Positions 56,811-64,000 of a stretch of DNA of 64,000 nt are shown one piece after another. The stretch comes from Candidatus Velthaea sp. Lineage in GTDB: Bacteria > Vulcanimicrobiota > Vulcanimicrobiia > Vulcanimicrobiales > Vulcanimicrobiaceae. How positions within the stretch are numbered: the stretch's first letter is position 1; each line of letters opens with the position of its first letter. Location: the NCBI GenBank assembly GCA_050012475.1, contig JBEKHC010000008.1:14387-78386 (forward strand). The letters run 5' to 3'. The translations under genes were made by a program, and so were the position numbers. The notes beneath the pieces are model-generated. The model was not told where the DNA came from, did no database searches, and saw nothing but the letters and a program-made list of their open reading frames with translations.

Positions 56811-58478
56811 TTACGCGGTCACGACTTTGGCGGCCTCACCCAAGCCCAGCAGTTCGATCGATCGTTCGCGCATTTTGTATTTTTGGACTTTGCCGCTAAC
56901 CGTCAGCGGGAACTCGTCGACGAACAGAATGTGGCCGGGGATCTTGTAGCGCGCAATCTTGTCCTCGCAAAAGGCGACGATCGCGTCGGCGCCGGCGTCC
57001 GCGTTCGTGTGGCGAATGATCCAGGCGCACAAGGCCTCTCCATAGCGTTCGTCGGGCACGCCGATCACGGCGACGTCTTTGATCGCCGGATGGGTGTACA
57101 GAAACTCCTCGATTTCGCGCGGGTAGATATTCTCGCCGCCGCGGATGACCATGTCTTTGATCCGGCCGCTGATGTTGACGTATCCCTCGTCGTCCATCAC
57201 CGCGATGTCGCCGGTGTGCATGTAGCGCGCGGCATCGATCGCGGCCGCCGTCTGCTCGGGATCTTCCCAATACCCGAGCATTACGCTGTAACCGCGCGTG
57301 CACAGTTCGCCGGGCGTTCCGCGCGGCACGACGCGGCCGTCGCGGTCGACGATCTTGACTTCGATGTGCGGATGGACGCGGCCGACCGTCGACGTTCGTT
57401 TTTCGAGCGGATCGTCGACGCTGGTCTGAGTGGATACCGGCGACGTTTCGGTCATGCCGTAGCAGATGGTGACCTCGGGCATGTGCATCTCGGTTTGGAC
57501 GCGTTTCATCACTTCGACCGGACACGGCGAACCGGCCATGATCCCGGTGCGCAGCGAGGAAAGATCGTAGCGCGCAAAATCCGGCTCGGCGAGTTCGGCG
57601 ATGAACATCGTGGGGACGCCGTAGAGTGCGGTACAGCGTTCTTGGGCAACGGCGGCGAGCGATGCCGCAGGGGAAAACGTCGGCGCAGGAATGACGATGG
57701 CGGCGCCGTGCGTGATGCAGGCCAGGTTGCCCAGCACCATGCCGAAGCAGTGATAGAAGGGCACCGGAATGCACACGCGGTCGGCGGCGGTGAAGCGGCA
57801 GCCTTCGCCGATGAAAAAGCCGTTGTTGAGCACGTTGTGGTGCGAGAGCGTCGCGCCTTTGGGCCAGCCGGTCGTGCCGGACGTATATTGGATATTGATC
57901 GGCTCGTCGCATTGGATGCGCGCCGCGCGCTCGTGCAGCGCTTGGGCCGGATACGCCTCGCCGCCCGCGAGTGCGTCTTCCCACGAACGCTCGTCCGCCT
58001 GCAGCGGAACATCGATGCCGATGACGATCACTTCACGCATGGCCGGCAGTGTTGCGCGCAACTCCCGCACCATTGCTAAATATTCGCTGGACTTATAACG
58101 GTCAAGCGTTACGAGCACGCTCACGCCGCTCTGACGCAGCACGTAGTCGACTTCGCTGGAGCGGAACGCGGGATTGACGTTGACGAGGATCGCCCCGATC
58201 TTGGGCGTGGCAAACTGCGTGATGAGCCATTCGACATTGTTGGGCGACCAAATCCCGACGCGATCGCCGCGTTCGACGCCGAGGGCAGCCAGCGCCCGCG
58301 CGAACCGGTCGGTCACGTCCCGCATCGCGGCGTAGGTCAGGCGCACGTCCTGGTGCACGCTCACCACGCATTCGTTGTCGGGAAAACGGGCGGCAACGTC
58401 GTCCAACGCCGCACCGATCGGCGCACCGTTGAGCGGGACCGGCGAGGCGCCGTGCGCGTAGCTCGGTGCCCAGGTCAC
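56811..58478 (-). CDS. Acyl-CoA synthetase (YngI/ACSF2-like)
   Basis: [39 protein letters not shown] start with AAGGA RBS. Confidence 0.93.
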   Translation of the reverse strand: MTWAPSYAHGASPVPLNGAPIGAALDDVAARFPDNECVVSVHQDVRLTYAAMRDVTDRFARALAALGVERGDRVGIWSPNNVEWLITQFATPKIGAILVNVNPAFRSSEVDYVLRQSGVSVLVTLDRYKSSEYLAMVRELRATLPAMREVIVIGIDVPLQADERSWEDALAGGEAYPAQALHERAARIQCDEPINIQYTSGTTGWPKGATLSHHNVLNNGFFIGEGCRFTAADRVCIPVPFYHCFGMVLGNLACITHGAAIVIPAPTFSPAASLAAVAQERCTALYGVPTMFIAELAEPDFARYDLSSLRTGIMAGSPCPVEVMKRVQTEMHMPEVTICYGMTETSPVSTQTSVDDPLEKRTSTVGRVHPHIEVKIVDRDGRVVPRGTPGELCTRGYSVMLGYWEDPEQTAAAIDAARYMHTGDIAVMDDEGYVNISGRIKDMVIRGGENIYPREIEEFLYTHPAIKDVAVIGVPDERYGEALCAWIIRHTNADAGADAIVAFCEDKIARYKIPGHILFVDEFPLTVSGKVQKYKMRERSIELLGLGEAAKVVTA

Positions 58479-58607
58479 CGGCTGGTCCTTCCGTTGCCGC
58501 TGCTCGCTCGGGCGACGAACGGAGGGCCAGACTGACATCCCATTGCGCAGCCTCCTAAGAGAGCGTCCCGGAGATGTACTGGCGGCGGAGCGCCGAACCT
58601 GCGCGGG

Positions 58608-59771
58608 GTGCCGAGGATACTTGGGGCGATCCCCCACGACGAGATGGTCGCGCTGCGGCGGCACCTTCACATGCATCCCGAGCTTTCAATGGTCGAGCAC
58701 GCCACCGCCGCGTTCGTGGCCCGCGAACTCGCACCGCTGGGGCTCGACGAAATTCGCACGGGCGTCGGCGAAACCGGAGTCGTCGGAACGCTCGTCGGCG
58801 GCAAGCCCGGCCCGGTGACGCTGCTGCGTGCGGATATGGACGGGTTGCCGATCCTCGAATCGAACGCCGTGCCCTACCGGTCGCGAAACGACGGCATCAT
58901 GCATGCCTGCGGGCACGACGGCCACGTCGCGATTTTGCTTGCCGCGGCCCAGCGGCTGGCCGCGCAGCGGGCCGACGTTCCCGGCACGCTGGTGTTCTGT
59001 TTTCAACCGGGCGAAGAAGGCAAGGCCGGCGCGCTCAAGATGATCAACGACGGCGTGCTCGAGAATCCGCACGTCGAGCGGACGTTCGCGCTGCACCTGT
59101 ACAGCGGGCTCGACGTCGGCAAGATCGGCGTGCGCGACGGTCCCTTCTTCGCGTCGGCCGACGAATTCGACCTGATCATCCGCGGCCAAGGCGGTCACGG
59201 GGCGATGCCGCAGCTTTCGTTCGATCCCATCGTCGCGGGCGCGCATGTGGTCAGCCTGCTGCAGACGGTGATCAGCCGCGAAATCGCGCCGAAAGACCCG
59301 GCCGTCGTGACGGTCGGCGCGTTCAGCAGCGGGACGACCTTCAACGTCATCCCGGACACCGCGCACCTCAAAGGCACCGTGCGCGCCTTCGATGAGGAGG
59401 TTCGCCGAAGTATGCCCGAGCGGATGGAGCGCGTCATCAAAGGGGTCGCCGCCGCGCTGCGGGTCGAGTATCAATTCGACTACCACTGGTCGTACCCGCC
59501 GACCGTCAACGACAAGGCGGTCAACGACGTCGTGCGCGCGGTGGGCGCGGCGGAGCTCGGCGCGGACAACGTCGTCGAACACGACATCGTGATGTGGGCC
59601 GAGGACATGTCGTTCATGCAGAACGAACGTCCGGGCGCGTATTTTATCGTCGGCTCGCGGGGTGGCGAGTCGACCGCCGTTCCGCACCATAACGCAAGCT
59701 TCGATCTCGACGAACGCGCGCTGGATATCGGCTATCGCATGATGGTCGAGCTCGGAAAGCGCGGCGGCTGA
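58608..59771 (+). CDS. M20D amidohydrolase
   Basis: [35 protein letters not shown]. Confidence 0.93.
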   Translation: MPRILGAIPHDEMVALRRHLHMHPELSMVEHATAAFVARELAPLGLDEIRTGVGETGVVGTLVGGKPGPVTLLRADMDGLPILESNAVPYRSRNDGIMHACGHDGHVAILLAAAQRLAAQRADVPGTLVFCFQPGEEGKAGALKMINDGVLENPHVERTFALHLYSGLDVGKIGVRDGPFFASADEFDLIIRGQGGHGAMPQLSFDPIVAGAHVVSLLQTVISREIAPKDPAVVTVGAFSSGTTFNVIPDTAHLKGTVRAFDEEVRRSMPERMERVIKGVAAALRVEYQFDYHWSYPPTVNDKAVNDVVRAVGAAELGADNVVEHDIVMWAEDMSFMQNERPGAYFIVGSRGGESTAVPHHNASFDLDERALDIGYRMMVELGKRGG

Positions 59772-59881
59772 CGCGGCCGAGCCCTCCCCTCGCATCTCAT
59801 ACGATTCTAAGGCAACTGTCATCCGCACGTAAGAATCGCGGCGTATCCTCGAAAAAAACAATCAGCAATCGAGGAGTAGAA

Positions 59882-60268
59882 ATGATTCTTGCCCCGTCCG
59901 TTCCGGTTGTCGAGCCGACGCTCGCGCCGCCCGTCACCGTCCGCTTGATCGGTATCTTGGATCGCTCGCTCCTCGAGAGCTTCACCGACGCGTTCACGGG
60001 TTTGACGGCCCCGGGACGCCGGAAACTCATCGTTTTGGTCCGCGACCTCGTGGCCATGAACGACGGCTGTCTGGATCGTTTCTTGGCGACCCTCGAACGA
60101 TTTCAGGCCGCGGGAAATGCGGTGTCCATCGAAACGACGCCTTCTTGGCGCAAAATCCTGCGCGGCCGCGGGGCGCAGTTCGAGGAGAGCACGCCGCTCT
60201 ACGGGCGCAGTGCCCGCCGGCAGCTCATCATTTGCCACAGCGTCGACAAGCGGGCCGGCGTGGCCTAA
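59882..60268 (+). CDS. STAS-like small protein (degenerate)
   Basis: GAGGAG RBS; VRLIGILD..LIVLVRDLVAMNDGCL pattern matches STAS topology. Confidence 0.6.
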   Translation: MILAPSVPVVEPTLAPPVTVRLIGILDRSLLESFTDAFTGLTAPGRRKLIVLVRDLVAMNDGCLDRFLATLERFQAAGNAVSIETTPSWRKILRGRGAQFEESTPLYGRSARRQLIICHSVDKRAGVA

Positions 60269-61205
60269 ACGCGCTGCGCGTGCCCGCGCTGCTGCGCCGG
60301 CGAGCAACGGCCGGACGCAGGCCAGTGCAAAAGCACGCGAACGATGCCGTGTTCATGCGCGTCGCGACGAAGCGGACAGCGTTGCTCGCTCGAGCGCACG
60401 AACCGCGGCCGCCCGATCGACGTGAATTTGCGCAGGTTCGAGCGACCGGGTTGCTGTCTTCGTTGATCGATGAATGATGCATCGCGTGCTTTCCCTAACG
60501 CCCAGTTTAGCCGGTTGAAAAGTACGAAAACCTTCTCTCTTAATGCGCTGTTTTGCGACGCGGTGAAGGCGACAGCGGTGATGCAGCATTTGCTCACCGA
60601 AAGAAGCAGCGCTGCCGCGCGGCGCGGCGGCACCCGATCGCGATTTGCCGTTGACTTATCATGACGAACTCGTCGCGCCGGGACGCGCGTTGATGGCGGC
60701 CGCGCCCGGTGTTCGCAACGGATTTGGCGGTCGCCGTCGCGCACATTTGACGCGGTAATCCCGAGTGCTCGATTTGTGCCCGAGCGGTAAAGGCGGCATT
60801 CGCAGCGGGCGCGGCAGACTGCGCGCCGGACGATTACGCGTTCATCGATCCGCGGATTGCGTCGCATCGATGTCCACTGTTCGTTTGCGCGCATCGACGA
60901 GCCGACGAAACCGGGCGCGTCTGGCCGAACTCGGGAATCGTGCCTTTCCAGCGCTTGGGATGACCGCGATAAAGCCGGGGCTCCGATCGGGTGTGGTGCC
61001 TTGGACCGGTCGGCAACGGCGATCCTCCGGGGCCAAGCTGCGCTACCTCGGCGTCGACGTGACTTGGCGCTGTTTGGAGAAACGTCAAGTTTGAAAAAAG
61101 TTTTCTGCGCATGAGGCGGTCACGAAACCCGGTGTCGCAGCGATAATACGAGATGTGCCCCGGATTCGACATTTGGATAACGGTTCGGGTCGCGTCATCG
61201 ACTAA

Positions 61206-61211
61206 TATAGT
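61206..61211 (+). promoter_or_regulatory. -10 box of probable leaderless gltB transcript
   Basis: TATAGT 6 nt before ATG, no Shine-Dalgarno. Confidence 0.6.
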
Positions 61212-61217
61212 GGGTCT

Positions 61218-64000
<2,783 letters not shown>

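Noticed and set aside
60965..61172. Motifs resembling the RNase P 3' end (CCCGGCTTTATC on minus) and tmRNA 5' end (GGATTCGAC)
   Set aside because: The partner motifs (GAGGAAAGTCC; GGGG acceptor stem and T-arm/CCA end) are not present

Overview
High-GC, gene-dense bacterial chromosomal window with about 55 CDS. I see no rRNA, tRNA, CRISPR array, transposase or prophage. The gene repertoire is compatible with a Terrabacteria-type soil organism such as Eremiobacterota, but that is inference only. Housekeeping content: tldD/tldE, ACT-malic enzyme, trxB, ABC-2 transporter, glcDE, LCP, namZ, queD-queE-mqnB-mqnD, branched-chain 2-oxoacid dehydrogenase E1a/E1b/E2, acyl-CoA synthetase, M20 amidohydrolase and the 5' part of gltB. 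Most notable observations: (1) a geranylgeranyl-reductase-family flavoprotein coupled to an aldehyde-deformylating-oxygenase-like diiron protein, facing a YtpB-type terpene synthase, a candidate undescribed terpenoid/hydrocarbon tailoring system; (2) a 1467-aa phytochrome-derived hybrid kinase that keeps the bilin-attachment Cys but has a rewritten chromophore pocket and no PHY tongue, plus a duplicated Hpt; (3) several intact ORFs with precise active-site loss (M28, DDAH-like, phosphoesterase, STAS); (4) long structured intergenic elements, REP-like repeats, a probable CTG start and a leaderless-promoter signature. All family assignments were made by eye from motifs; no database searches were run.
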